Below, one piece after another: positions 26,658 to 39,889 of a stretch of 64,000 bases of DNA (the stretch's first letter is position 1; each line of letters opens with the position of its first letter). The DNA is from Anolis carolinensis (lineage: Eukaryota), in assembly GCF_035594765.1 (NCBI RefSeq), contig NW_026943819.1, positions 1,240,001-1,304,000 of the forward strand, written 5' to 3'. The notes beneath the pieces were generated by a model that had not been told where the DNA came from, did not search any database, and worked only from the letters and a program-made list of their open reading frames with translations. The translations under genes were made by a program, and so were the position numbers.

Positions 26658-29486
26658 CCCAAGCCAGAGGCAGGCGAGGAAGGGGCGGCGGCCCCTTTAA
26701 GACCTCCAGGTGTGCCTGTGGGGAGGGGGCTCCTTCCTGGCTCCCCATTTAAAGGGGAAGGGAGCCAGGGACCCCCACACGCGCCCCTCCCTTCCTTTGC
26801 AGCCAAGGCAGAAATAAGTGAGGTCCCTTTAAAAAAAAGTTTCCTCCAAAGAGAAGTGTCTACAGGTGTGTCCCCTTTTGGGCTGCACCTGGAGGCGGAC
26901 GTGTTTCTGAGCATGTGCAGAGCGCATTCCCAGAGAAGAAGCGCCATCTCCATCACCTTGTTGGGGGTCCAAAATAGGCTTGGGAGGGGAGGGGGGGGGT
27001 CCAAATGGGAAGAAGCCTATTGTCGGGTTTTCCTTGCTCTTCTCCGGTGGATCTTCATGGAAGGAAAGAAGGGGCCACAAGGGGGCGCTGTTGACTCAGG
27101 CCAAGCAGCACCTAGAACCCCCCCCCCTCCCTCCCTCTGGAACCCCCTCCCACAATTAGAAAGAGAGGCCAAACCTGCTTTAATTGGAGACTCAAACCGA
27201 AGAGGCTTCCTTCCTTTCTTTCTTCATTCTCCGGCAATTGAGCTCTTATTCTCTTTGCTTGGCTTTGGGGGGTCTTATTTTTTTTTTGGGTGGGGGGTTA
27301 TGTAGTTCTCCAGAAGCAGGTCACAATTTGGGAGGGGTTGAAGTTCCCTCCCCCCCCCCCCCATCAAGATGACTTTTGAGGCCAGTGTCTTCTCATCTGG
27401 CACTAGATCTATTAATTTTATATTACATGTATAATACAATAATATATAATAATAATAACATATTGTATTATACATATACTATTCATAATATTATATTGTA
27501 ATATGATATAATACTAATAATACAATATAATAATAGTACAGTAGAGTCTCACTTATCCAACACTCGCTTATCCAACATTCTGGATTATCCAACGCATTTT
27601 TGTAGTCAATGTTTTCAATACATCATGATATTTAGCATGATATTCATGCTAAATTCGTAAATACAGTAATTACTACATGGGATTACTGTGTATTGAACTA
27701 CTTTTTCTGTCAAATTTGTTGTATAGCATGATGTGCCATTACCTTCCCGCCGGAGCGGTACCTATTTATCTACTCACATTTGCATGTTTTCGAACTGCTA
27801 GGTTGGCAGGAGCTGGGGCTAACAGCAAGAGCTCATTCCGCTCCCGGGATTTGAACCTGGGACCTTTCAGTCTGCAAGTTCAGCAGCTCAGCACTTTAAC
27901 ACACTGTGCCACCAGGGGCCCCAATACAATAATATATAATAATAATAATAACATATTGTATTGTACATATACTATTCATAATATTATATTGTAATATGAT
28001 ATAATACTAATAATACAATATAATAATAGTACAGTAGAGTCTCACTTATCCAACACTCGCTTATCCAACATTCTGGATTATCCAATGCATTTTTAGAGTC
28101 AATGTTTTCAATATATCATGATATTTTGGTGCTAAATTCATAAATACAGTAATTACTACATAGCATTACTGCGTATAGAACTACTTTTTCTGCCAAATTT
28201 GTTGTCTAACATGATGTTTTGGTGCTTCATTTGTAAAATCATAACCTAATTTGATGTTTAATAGGCTTTTCCTTAATGCCTCCTTATTATCCAACATATT
28301 TGCTTATCCTACATTCTGCCGGCCCGTTTACGTTGGATAAATGAGACTCTACTGTAATACAATATAATAATAGTAATTATATATTCTACTAATAATATTA
28401 CAATATATAGATATAGTACAATATGGTAATTTATTGTCAGTATTGTGCTATGCTAATAATATAATATTGTCCATAAATTTAATTTGTAAGCCGCTCTGAG
28501 TCCTCTGAGAAGGGCGGGATATAAATGAATTAAATAAATAAATAGATCTCAACAAGGCTCTGAAATGATCACCATTTGCATCTTTCCACCACACAAATCC
28601 ATTTATTTATGTATTTATTTACAGTATTTATATTCTGCCCTTCTTTCTCACCCGGAAGGGGACTCAGGGCGGATCACAATGCACATCTACATGGCAAACA
28701 GTCCATGCCATTAAGACAAACGACACACACAGACAGAGACACAGAGGCAGTTGAACATTTTCCAGCTTCCAGCCACGAGCCCTTGATGGAGTACTTCCTC
28801 ATTCCTGGAAGTTTTTATGGTGTCATAAATTAGTTAAATTAGCCTCCCCGCATAAAGCAGTACCTAGAATTTCCTATTCGACAGATGCAATTATCTTTCA
28901 GGCTGCTTAGGTCACCTCGTGTTTACAATACAGTAGAGTCTCACTTATCCAACATAAATGGGCCGGCAGAACGTTGGATAAGTGAATATGTTGGATAATA
29001 AGGAGGGATTAAGGAAAAGCCTATTAAACATTAAATTAGGTTATGATTTTACAAATTAAGCACCAAAACATCATGTTAGACAACAAATTTGACAGAAAAA
29101 GTAGTTCCATACATGGTAATGCTATGTAGTAATTACTGTATTTACGAATTTAGTACCAAAATATCACGATATATTGAAAACATTGACTACAAAAATGCAT
29201 TGGATAATCCAGAACGTTGGATAAGCGAGTGTTGGATAAGTGAGACTCTACTGTATTTATATGGTGCACTTTACCCAGTCTACTTTTACAACCTCTCTGT
29301 TTCAATCCATGTTTTTATTAGTTCTTGTCATTTATTTTTATTGGGTAATGTTTAAATTTTTATAATTGTGCATGTCTCTTGCCTATTGTTGTGCTTTATA
29401 TTGCTATTGTTTTTATTCGGGCTTGGCCCTATGTAAGCCGCCCTGAGCTCCCTTTGGGGAGCTAGAGGCGGGGTATAAAAATAAAA

Positions 29487-29535
<49 letters not shown>

Positions 29536-29865
29536 GGAGCCCCGGTGGTGAAGTGTGTTAAAGCTCTGAGTTGCTGAACTTGCAGACTGAAAGGTCCCAG
29601 GTTCAAACCCAGAGAGTGGAGTGAGCGCCCGCTGTTAGCTCCAGCTTCTGCCAACCTAGCAGTTTGAAAACATGCCAGTGTGAGTACATCAATAGGTACT
29701 GCTCCAGCGGGAAGATAACGGCACTCCATGCAGTCATGCCGGCCACATGACCTTGGAGGTGTCTACGGACAACGCCGGCTCTTTGGCTTAGAAATGGAGA
29801 TGAGCACCAACCCCCAGAGTTGATCACGACTGGACTTAATGTCAGGGATAAACCTTTACCTTTAC
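29536..29865 (+). mobile_element. Sauria SINE, preceded by a (TTA)n tract
   Basis: Same head, body and tail as other copies. Further full or partial copies at about 27735-27920(-), 30331-30530(+), 35666-35955(+), 55690-55980(-) and 60330-60645(-). Confidence 0.8.
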
Positions 29866-30684
29866 CCCAACTATATTAATATATTGTAATATTATTAGTA
29901 ATATTACATACAAAATGTAATACATAATTACTATTATATTGTATTATTAGTATTATATCATGTTACAATATAATATTATGAATATTATATGTACAGTAGA
30001 GTCTCACTTATCCAACATAAACGGGCCAGCAGAACGTTGGATAAGAGAATATGTTGGATAATAAGGAGGGATTAAGGAAAAGCCTATTAATCATCAAATT
30101 AGGTTATGATTTTACAAAGTAAGCATCAAAACATCATGTTAGACAACAAATTTGGCAGAAAAAGTAGTTCAATATGCAGTAATGCTATATAGTAATTACT
30201 ATATTTATGAATTTAGCACCAAAATATCACGATATATTGAAAACATTGACTACAAAAATGTGTTGGATAATCCAGAATGTTGGATAAGCGAGTGTTGGAT
30301 AACTGAGACTCTACTGTATATACAATATGTTGGAGCCCCGGTGGCGCAGTGTGTTAAAGCACTGAGCTGCTGAACTTGCAGACTGAAAGGTCCCAGGTTC
30401 AAACCCCAGGAGTGGAGTGAGCGCCCACTATTAGCCCCAGCTTCTGCCAACCTAGCAGTTCGAAAACATGCCAATGTGAGTAGATCAATAGGTACTGCTC
30501 CAGTGGAAAGGAAACCTATACCTTTTACCTTATTGTTATTAGTTCAACAGCAAGCTAGGCTATTAATGGTTGGGAGCTCAATCCGACCCAGGCTTCGATC
30601 TCATGACCTCTTGGTTAGAAGTGATTTATTGCAGCTGGCTACTAACCAGCTGCGCCACAGCCCGGCTGTAATGACAGTGTGGAG

Positions 30685-32496
30685 CAGGGGTCCTCAAACT
30701 TTTTAAGTGGAGGGCCGATTCACAATCCCTCAGACTGTTAGGGGGCCGGACTAGGATGAAATAGTCCAAAATTAGGATTGTTGTTGTGTGCCTTCAAGTC
30801 ATTTCAGACTTAGGTCAACCCTAAGTCTAAAGTTTAGGACAGAGGCCAGGTCAATGACCTTGGAGGGCCTTAGTTTGGGGACCCCTGATCTAGACGATCT
30901 CATAAGACCATAGGTAAGCAAAGAGAACTCCAAAAACCATCTAGATGGTCTCATAAGACAATCAGTAAGGAAAAGGACCCTCAAAGGCCATCTACATGAT
31001 CTCATAAGGCCATCAAAAGACCATAGGTAAGGAAAGGGACCCTCAAAGGCCATCTAGACGGTCTCCTAAGGCCGTAGCTAAGCAAAGAGACCTTCAAAGA
31101 CCATCTAGATGATCTCATAAGACCACAGGTAAGCAAAGAGAACTCCAAAAACCATCTAGATGGTCTCATAAGACAATCAGTAAGGAAAAGGACCCTCAAA
31201 GGCCATCTACATGATCTCATAAGGCCATCAAAAGACCATAGGTAAGGAAAGGGACCCTCAAAGGCCATCTAGACGGTCTCCTAAGGCCGTAGCTAAGCAA
31301 AGAGACCTTCAAAGACCATCTAGATGATCTCATAAGACCACAGGTAAGCAAAAAGACCTCCAAAGTCCATCTAGATGGTCTCATAAGACCATCAGTAAGG
31401 AAAAGGACCCTCAAAGGCCATCTACATGATCTCATCAGGCCATCAGAAGACCATAGGTAAGGAAAGGGACCCTCAAAGGCCATCTAGACGGTCTCCTAAG
31501 GCCGTAGCTAAGCAAAGAGACCTTCAAAGACCATCTAGATGATCTCATAAGACCACAGGTAAGCAAAAAGACCTCCAAAGACCATCTAGATGGTCTCATA
31601 AGACCATCAGTAAGGAAAAGGACCCTCAAAGGCCATCTACATGATCTCATCAGGCCATCAGAAGACCATAGGTAAGGAAAGGGACCCTCAAAGGTCATCT
31701 AGACGGTCTCCTAAGGCCGTCGCTAAGCAAAGAGACCTTCAAAGACCATCTAGATGATCTCATAAGACCACAGGTAAGCAAAAAGACCTCCAAAGACCAT
31801 CTAGATGGTCTCATAAGACCATCAGTAAGGAAAAGGACCCTCAAAGGCCATCTACATGATCTCATCAGGCCATCAGAAGACCATAGGTAAGGAAAGGGAC
31901 CCTCAAAGGTCATCTAGACGGTCTCCTAAGGCCGTCGCTAAGCAAAGAGACCTTCAAAGACCATCTAGATGATCTCATAAGACCACAGGTAAGCAAAAAG
32001 ACCTCCAAAGACCATCTAGATGGTCTCATAAGACCATCAGTAAGGAAAAGGACCCTCAAAGGCCATCTACATGATCTCATCAGGCCATCAGAAGACCATA
32101 GGTAAGGAAAGGGACCCTCAAAGGTCATCTAGACGGTCTCCTAAGGCCGTCGCTAAGCAAAGAGACCTTCAAAGACCATCTAGATGATCTCATAAGACCA
32201 CAGGTAAGCAAAAAGACCTCCAAAGACCATCTAGATGGTCTCATAAGACCATCAGTAAGGAAAAGGACCCTCAAAGGCCATCTACATGATCTCATCAGGC
32301 CATCAGAAGACCATAGGTAAGGAAAGGGGCCCCCAAAGGCCATCTAGACAATCTCATAAGACCACAAGTAAGCAAAAAGACCTCCAAAGACCAGGTAGAC
32401 TTAGGTCAACCTTAAGTCTAAAGTTTAGGACAGGGGCCAGATAAATGACCTTGGAGGGCCGCATCTGGCCCCCGGGCCTTAGTTTGGGGACCCCTG
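30685..32496. mobile_element. Non-autonomous hAT element (1812 bp) with perfect 8-bp TSD GTGTGGAG, containing about 7 copies of a 215-bp satellite
   Basis: TIRs CAGGGGTCCTCAAACT / AGTTTGGGGACCCCTG; TSD at 30677-30684 and 32497-32504; an extra internal right end finishes at 30887. Confidence 0.88.
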
Positions 32497-32856
32497 GTGT
32501 GGAGGATCGAGATCCTTGCAGTTCTGGAGTAACTCATTTTTGCTTCCCATAGACTTGGCAGCGGGATTTGGCGAACCAGTGCTGCTCTCAGAGACATGAT
32601 CTCAGGTCATAATGCCAGGACAGGGACGGGAAGTGGGGTGCACATGCCTCTGGCCTGCGATGGTGGGTGGCCACACCTGGGCCTTGCACACGCGTGTGTT
32701 GTGTCAGCGCATGCACATGCTTCCGCCCGCCTCCCCTCCCCGCTCCTTTCCCCAATTGGGCACAGGGGGCGGGGCAAATCTGCATTCATTTGCATATGAG
32801 AAAAACAATCCTGCTAAAAATAGGACATGCTTTACTTGGGGTTAGAAAAGGTTCTA

Positions 32857-34480
32857 TGTGCAGATATATATATATGTGTGTGTGGGGGGGTGTGAGCGCA
32901 TGTATCTGCGTGTTTGTGTATGCACGTATGTGTTTGTGTATGCACGTATGTGTTTGTGTATATATATGGGTGCGTGTATATATGCATATATGTGTGTATA
33001 TGCATGCATATCTGTTTATGTGTGTGTATGTAAGTATATGTATGTATTTATATTTGTGTATATGCAAATATGTGTGTATATGTGTATATTTGTGTATACT
33101 GCATATGTGTGTATATATGTAATTTGTCTGTATATGTATCTATGTATGTATATATATGCATATGTGTGTACTGTATATATATGTATGCGTATTTGTTTAT
33201 ATATATATATATGTCTNNNNNNNNNNNNNNNNNNNNNNNNNNNNNNNNNNNNNNNNNNNNNNNNNNNNNNNNNNNNNNNNNNNNNNNNNNNNNNNNNNNN
33301 NNNNNNNNNNNNNNNNNNNNNNNNNNNNNNNNNNNNNNNNNNNNNNNNNNNNNNNNNNNNNNNNNNNNNNTATTTATGTATTTATATGTGTATATAGACG
33401 TATATGGGTGTGAGTATATATGTATGCATTGTGTATATATATATGTGTGTGTGTGTATGTGTGTGTGAATGTGTGTGTGTGCATATGTATATATTTGTCT
33501 ATATGTGTATGTATTTATGTATGTTTATGTGTATATAGATGTATATGGGTGTGAGTATATATGTATGCATTGTGCATATATATATATGCGTGTGTGTGTG
33601 AATGTGTGTGTGTGCATATGTATATATTTGTCTATATGTGTATGCATTTATGTATGTATATGTGTATATAGACGTATATGGGTGTGAGTATATATGTATG
33701 CATTGTGTATATATATGTGTGTATGTGGTATATGTGTGTGTGTGTATATATATAATTTGTCTATATGTGTATGTATTTATGTATGTATATGTGTATATAG
33801 ACGTATATGGGTGTGAGTATATATGTATGCATTGTGTATATATATGTGTGTGTGTGTGAATGTGTGTGTGTGCATATGTATATATTTGTCTATATGTGTA
33901 TGTATTTATGTATGTATATGTGTATATAGACGTATATGGGTGTGAGTATATATGTATGCATTGTGTATATATATGTGTGTGTGTGTGAATGTGTGTGTGT
34001 GCATATGTATATATTTGTCTATATGTGTATGTATGTATGTATGTTTATGTGTATATAGACGTATATGGGTGTGAGTATATATGTATGCATTGTGTATATA
34101 TATATATGTGTGTGTGTGTGTGAATGTGTGCGTGTGCATATGTATATATTTGTCTATATGTGTATGTATTTATGTATGTATATGTGTATATAGACGTATA
34201 TGGGTGTGAGTATATATGTATGCATTGTGTGTATATATGTGTGTGTGTGTGTGCATATGTATATATTTGTCTATATGTGTATGTATTTATGTATGTTTAT
34301 GTGTATATAGATGTATATGGGTGTGAGTATATATGTATGCATTGTGTATATATATATATGTGTGGGTATGTATGTGTGTGTGTGTATATATATGTATGGA
34401 TGTCTGTGCATATGTATATGTGTGCATGTATATATGTAAATATACATATGTGTGCGTCATTGTGTGTTCTGACATACATA
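32857..34480. repeat. Compound (TG/TA) low-complexity tandem repeat, about 120-130-bp period, spanning an assembly gap (33217-33370)
   Basis: Recurring TATAGACGTATATGGGTGTGAGTATATATGTATGCATTG anchor. Confidence 0.85.
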
Positions 34481-34676
34481 CACACCGGACTCAGTCAACT
34501 TAGAATTATGGGTTTGGGATTTGCATTCCAATGCCGCCGCATATTGATCTTTGTACCCTGTGTTTTGGTGTATGTTTCTTTAACAGTGTGTTTTGATATA
34601 TTGTATGTTATTGCATGCATTTGGACTTGGTTGCATCTCTGCCTCAAGCTGTTTAGGTGAGGCAGGTAACATAAAT

Positions 34677-34716
<40 letters not shown>

Positions 34717-35953
34717 CCCCTGCTTTGGAACGGAACCCATGGAAGAGCCCCTTCCTCCTCCTCCTCCGCCTCTTTGCAGGAGCATCTTGGGCTGGTGCGG
34801 ATGCGGATGCTGCTGCTCACTCGGCTGCTTGGGAGGCTCTGGTTTGCTGTTGCCGGGGAAACTATTAGTTGCTAGGTGACCGGAGCATCCTCTACCCTGA
34901 GCCTTTGCATCTCATTATCCCATCATCACAGCCGATCCACCAGACCCCTCCACTCAAGACATAAACAGAAAATACATTGGGTTGCTGTGAGTTTCCCAGG
35001 CTGTATGGCCATGTTCCAGAAGCATTCTCTCCTGACGTTTCGCCCACATCAACGGCAGGCTGTTAGGAATGGTGGGAGCTGGGAGTCCAAAACACCCGGA
35101 GGGCCAAAGTTTGCCCAGGCCTGTTTTAAATGGAAGTTGGCCCTGGATTGTATGGAAATGGGGGTCTCCTTGCTGGACCTTAAAGGTCTGCCTGGTCATA
35201 ACAAAGACAATTGTGATAATAATAATACATATAATATAATAATACATTTAAATATAATAATAGTTAATATAATATAATAATACATTTAAATAAAATAATA
35301 CGTATTATAATATAATAAATATAATATAATATGTTTAAATATAATAAATATTATATAATAATAAATATAATATAATATGTTTAAATAAAATAATACATAT
35401 TATAATATAATAATAGTTAATATAATATAATAATACACTTAAAATAATACATATTATAATATAATAATAATTAATATAATATAATACATTTAAATATAAT
35501 AAATATAATATAATAAGAATAAATATGATATAATACATTTAAATATAATACCTATTATAATATAATAATTAATATAATATAATAATACATGTAAATATAA
35601 CAATGCATATTATAATATGATAATTAATATAATAATACATTTAACGATAATAATAAATATTATTGGGCCCTCAATGGCGCAGCGGGTTAACCCGCTGAGC
35701 TGCTGAACTTGCTGACTGAAAGGTGAAAAGTTTGAATTTGGAAGGCATGGTGAGCTCCCACTGTTAGCCCCAGTTTCTGCCAACCTAGCAGTTAGAAAAC
35801 ATGCAAATGTGAGTAGATCAATAGGTACTGCTCAGGTGGTAAGGCAGTCATGCCAATGGCCACATGACTTTGGAAACTTCTATGGATCGGATCTTGGCCT
35901 TAAAATGGAGATGAGCCCCAACCCGCGGAGTCGGACACGACTAGATTAATGTC

Positions 35954-36013
<60 letters not shown>

Positions 36014-36649
36014 TATACATTATAATAAATATAATTATAATAAAATTATAATATACAACCATTAGAATAATAAATGTAATATAATAATAAATATAATAAA
36101 TATAATATAATCATAAAATATAAAAATTAAAATAAATACAGTGCAATAACTATATTACAATAATAATGATAATAATAATGATAATAATAATAATAATGAC
36201 TCTTAAGCTGGAAGGTGTCCAGAGGAAGAGGGCAACTAAAATGATCAAATGTCTGGAGGCCATGGATCCCTATGAGGAGTGGCTTAAAGAACTGGGTCTG
36301 TTTAGATTGCAGTATTACAGTAGAGTCTCACTTATCCAACATAAACGGGCCGGCAGAACATTGGATAAGCGAATATGTTAGATAATAAGGAGGGATTAAG
36401 AAAAAAGCCTATTAAACATAAAATTACATTGGGATTTTACAAATTAAGCACCGAAACATCATGTTGTACAACAAATTTGACAGAAAAAGCAGTTCAGTAC
36501 ACAGTTATGCTATGTAGTAATTACTGTATTTACGAATTACAAAACATGGCAACATTGACTACAAAAACAATGACTACTAAAAGGCAGACTGCCTTGGATA
36601 ATACAGAACATTGGATAAGTGAAGCTTGGTTGTGAGACTCTACTGTACT

Positions 36650-37177
36650 ATTTATCATGAAGCAGAGGCTGGATGGCCATCTGTCGGGGCTGCTTTGATG
36701 GTGCCTTTCCAGCATGAAGGCAGAATGGGTTGGACTGGATGGCCCTTGGGGTCTCTTCCAACTTTATTATTATTATACAGTCCTAGACATTTGGGAAGAG
36801 AGTCCTAGACACTTGGGAATAATAATAATTATTATTATTACTACTACTACTACTATTACTACAGTTGAGTCTCACTTATCCAGCGTTCTGGATTATCCAA
36901 CGCATTTTTGTAGTCAATGTTTTTAATGCATTGTGATATTTTGGTGCTAAATTCGTAAATACAGTAATTACTACATAGCATTAATGTGTAATGAATTACT
37001 TTTTCTGTCAAATTTATTCCATAACATGATGTTTTGGTGCTTAATTTGTAAAATCATAACCTACTGTATTTTGATGTTTAATAGACTTTTCCTTAATTCC
37101 TCCTTATTATCCAAGATATTCGCTTATCCAAACTTCTGCCAGCCCATTTAGCTTGGATAAGTGAGACTCTACTGTAC

Positions 37178-37214
<37 letters not shown>

Positions 37215-37802
37215 GCTGTTATTTATCAAGAAGCAGAGGCTGGATGGCCATTTGTCGGGGGTGCTTTGATGGTGCCTTTCCTGCATGAAGGCAGAAAGGG
37301 GTTGGACTGGATAGCCCTTGGGGTCTCTTCCAACTCTATTATCATTATTATTATTACAGTAGAGTCTCACTTATCCAACACTTGCTTATCCAACGTTCTG
37401 GATTATCCAACGCATTTTTGTAGTCAATGTTTTCAATACATCATGATATTTTGGTGCTAAATTCGTAAATACAGTAATTACAACCTAACATTACTGCGTA
37501 TTGAACTACTTTTTCTGTCAAATTTGTTGTATAACATGATGTTCTGGTGCTTAATTTGTAAAATCATAACCTAATTTGATGTTTAATAGGCTTTTCCTTA
37601 ATGCCTCCTTATTATCCAACATATTCGCTTATCCAACATTCTGCCGGCCCGTTTATGTTGGATAAGTGAGACTCTACTGTATTGCTATTTATGATGAAGC
37701 GGAGGCAGGGTGGCCATTTGTTGGGGGTGCTTTGATGGTGCCTTTCCTGCATGGAGGCAGAAAGGGGTTGGTCTGGATGGCCCTTGGGGTCTCTTCCAAC
37801 TC

Positions 37803-37860
<58 letters not shown>

Positions 37861-37975
37861 GCTATTTATGATGAAGCAGAGGCTGGATGGCCATCTGTCG
37901 GGGGTGCTTTGATGGTGCCTTTCCAGCCTGGAGGCAGAAAGGGGTTGGTCTGGATGGCCCTTGGGGTGTCTTGGG
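36650..37975 (+). repeat. Four CR1-like 3' fragments interleaved with MITEs and (ATT)n tracts
   Basis: Unit GAAGCAGAGGCTGGATGGCCAT...GGGTTGG.CTGGATGGCCCTTGGGGTCTCTTCCAACT at about 36655, 37225, 37690 and 37870. Confidence 0.7.
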
Positions 37976-37984
37976 AGTCTTGTC

Positions 37985-38600
37985 CGTGGGGAGCGGGTCC
38001 CCCGGAGGCCATCCATCTCTCTCTCTCTCTCTCTGGCAAGGCGGGCCTCGGCGTCGGAAGGAGGGAAAGAGGAAGAGGAGGAGAAGGAGAAGTGGAGCCT
38101 CCTCTTCCTCTCCCTCGCCTGCCTTCCTCCTCCTCCTCCTCCGTCCCTCGGCGTCGCTGCTGCCCGGTGCTTGGCGGAGGAGGAGGAGCCCAGCCCTCGC
38201 TGCCCGCCCGCCCGCCCGCCTGCCCGCCTGCCTCTTCCTCCTCCTTCCTTCCTTCCTTCCTTCCTTCCTTCCTTCCTTCCTTCCTTCCTTCCTGCTGCTC
38301 CTGCGGCGGAGAAGGCAAGGCAGCCATGGGAAGGAGCGGCGGGCAGGGCCGAGGCCGAGGCGGGGGCACCGGGACGCCCTCCTGAGCAGGTGAGTCCGGG
38401 CTCGGAGGGAAGGAAGGAAGGAGGAGGGAAGGAGGGAAGGAAGGAAAGAAGGAGGGAGAAGGAAGGAGGGAAAGAGGAAGGGGACGGGGTCATTGTTCCA
38501 GCCGCCGCCGCGCCGCCCAGGCCGCCCTCCCTCCCTCCTTCCCTTCCTTCTTCCTTTCCTCGCTGTTTTCTCCGCCCGGGAAGGAAGGAAGGAAGGAAGG
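37985..38600 (+). promoter_or_regulatory. CpG island with probable BCL9L first non-coding exon (donor CAG|GTGAGT after 38389)
   Basis: GC/CpG-rich island with a consensus donor, oriented towards the BCL9L coding exons 20 kb downstream. Confidence 0.6.
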
Positions 38601-38729
38601 AAGGAAGGAGGCACCCAAAGGACATCTAGTCCTTAGACAAGCCCAGGGACAAGGGAGGAAGGGAAGGAGGAAGGAGGGAAGGGACCCGGGCCAGGCTGCT
38701 GCTCAGGCCTCGGCGCCAGGGCCAAGCTC

Positions 38730-39562
38730 CTGCCAGGCCTGCCCTTCCTCTTCTTCCTCCTCCTCCTCTGCCCCGTCTTCTTCCTCCTCTTCCTTCTGCA
38801 CTTCTTCCTTCTTGTCCCCTTCCTCCTCCTTTTCCCCATCTTCTTCTTCCTCCCCTTCCTCTTCTTCCTGCTCCTTCTTCTCCTTTTCCTCCTGCTCATC
38901 CTCCTTTTCTTCCTTCTCTTCTCCTCTTCTTCCTCTTGCTCTTCCTCCTTCTCTTCACCTTCTCTTCTTCCTTCTTTTTTCCCTTCTCTTCCCCCTCCTT
39001 CTCCCCTTCCTCTTCTTCCTGCTCCTTCTTCTCCTTTTCCTCCTGCTCATCCTCCTTTTCTTCCTTCTCTTCTCCTCTTCTTCCTCTTGCTCTTCCTTCT
39101 TCTCTTCACCTTCTCTTCTTCCTTCTTTTTTCCCTTCTCTTCCCCCTCCTTCTCCCCTTCCTCTTCTTCCTGTTCTTTCTTCTCCTTTTCCTCCTGGTCA
39201 TCCTCCTTTTTCTCTTCCTTCTTCTCTTCACTTTCTCTTCTTCCTCCTCCCCTTCCTTGTCTTCTTCCTCATTTTCTTCCTTTTCTCCTCCTCCCCCCCT
39301 TTCTCTTCCCCTTCCTTCTTCTCTTCACCTTCTCTTCTTCCTCCTCCTCCCCTTCCTCGTCTTCTTCCTCCTTTTCTTCCTTCTCCCCTTCATCTTCTTC
39401 CTGTTCTTTCTTCTCTTTTTCCTCCAGCTCATCCTCCTTTTTCTCTTCCTTTTTCTCTTCACTTTCTTTTCTCCCTCCTCCTCCCATTCTTTCTCCTCCT
39501 CTTCCTGCTCTTCTTCCTCCTTCTCTTCTTCCTTTTCCTCCCCTTCTTCTTCCCCTTCCCTT
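38730..39562 (+). repeat. About 830-bp polypyrimidine (CTT/CCT) tract with an internal about 151-bp duplication
   Basis: Almost purely C/T on plus; the long ORFs here are low-complexity artefacts. Confidence 0.9.
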
Positions 39563-39889
39563 GTGGATGGCGGGGCATTGGGTGTCCCTTTGGTGAGCAG
39601 CCCAGGGGAAGGACACTCTACCCCTCGATCAGCCTGGCACTTGGACCCTGTTGATGGGGCGACTAGCAAATGGCATCATCTCTCTTGTTGTTGTTGTTGT
39701 TGTTGTTGTGGCCCTTGCCTGGGCCCTCCATGGCCAAGAGTGGCCATCCCTTGGCATGACCTTTGGGCCTCTTTTGCTGCGTGTTGCGTGTATTTCAAGC
39801 CATTCGGCGACCCTGTTGTCATGATGTTTCTTGCCCAGGTCCGTTCCGGAGAGTCCGTCCTCTGGAGCCGAGAGAGTGTGACTTGCCCA

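Noticed and set aside
30799-32343. Repeated 72-88-aa ORFs
   Set aside because: They are translations of the 215-bp satellite unit, which is not a multiple of three.
32500-32800. snRNA gene driven by the octamer element
   Set aside because: No recognisable proximal sequence element or snRNA body at the expected distance on either strand.
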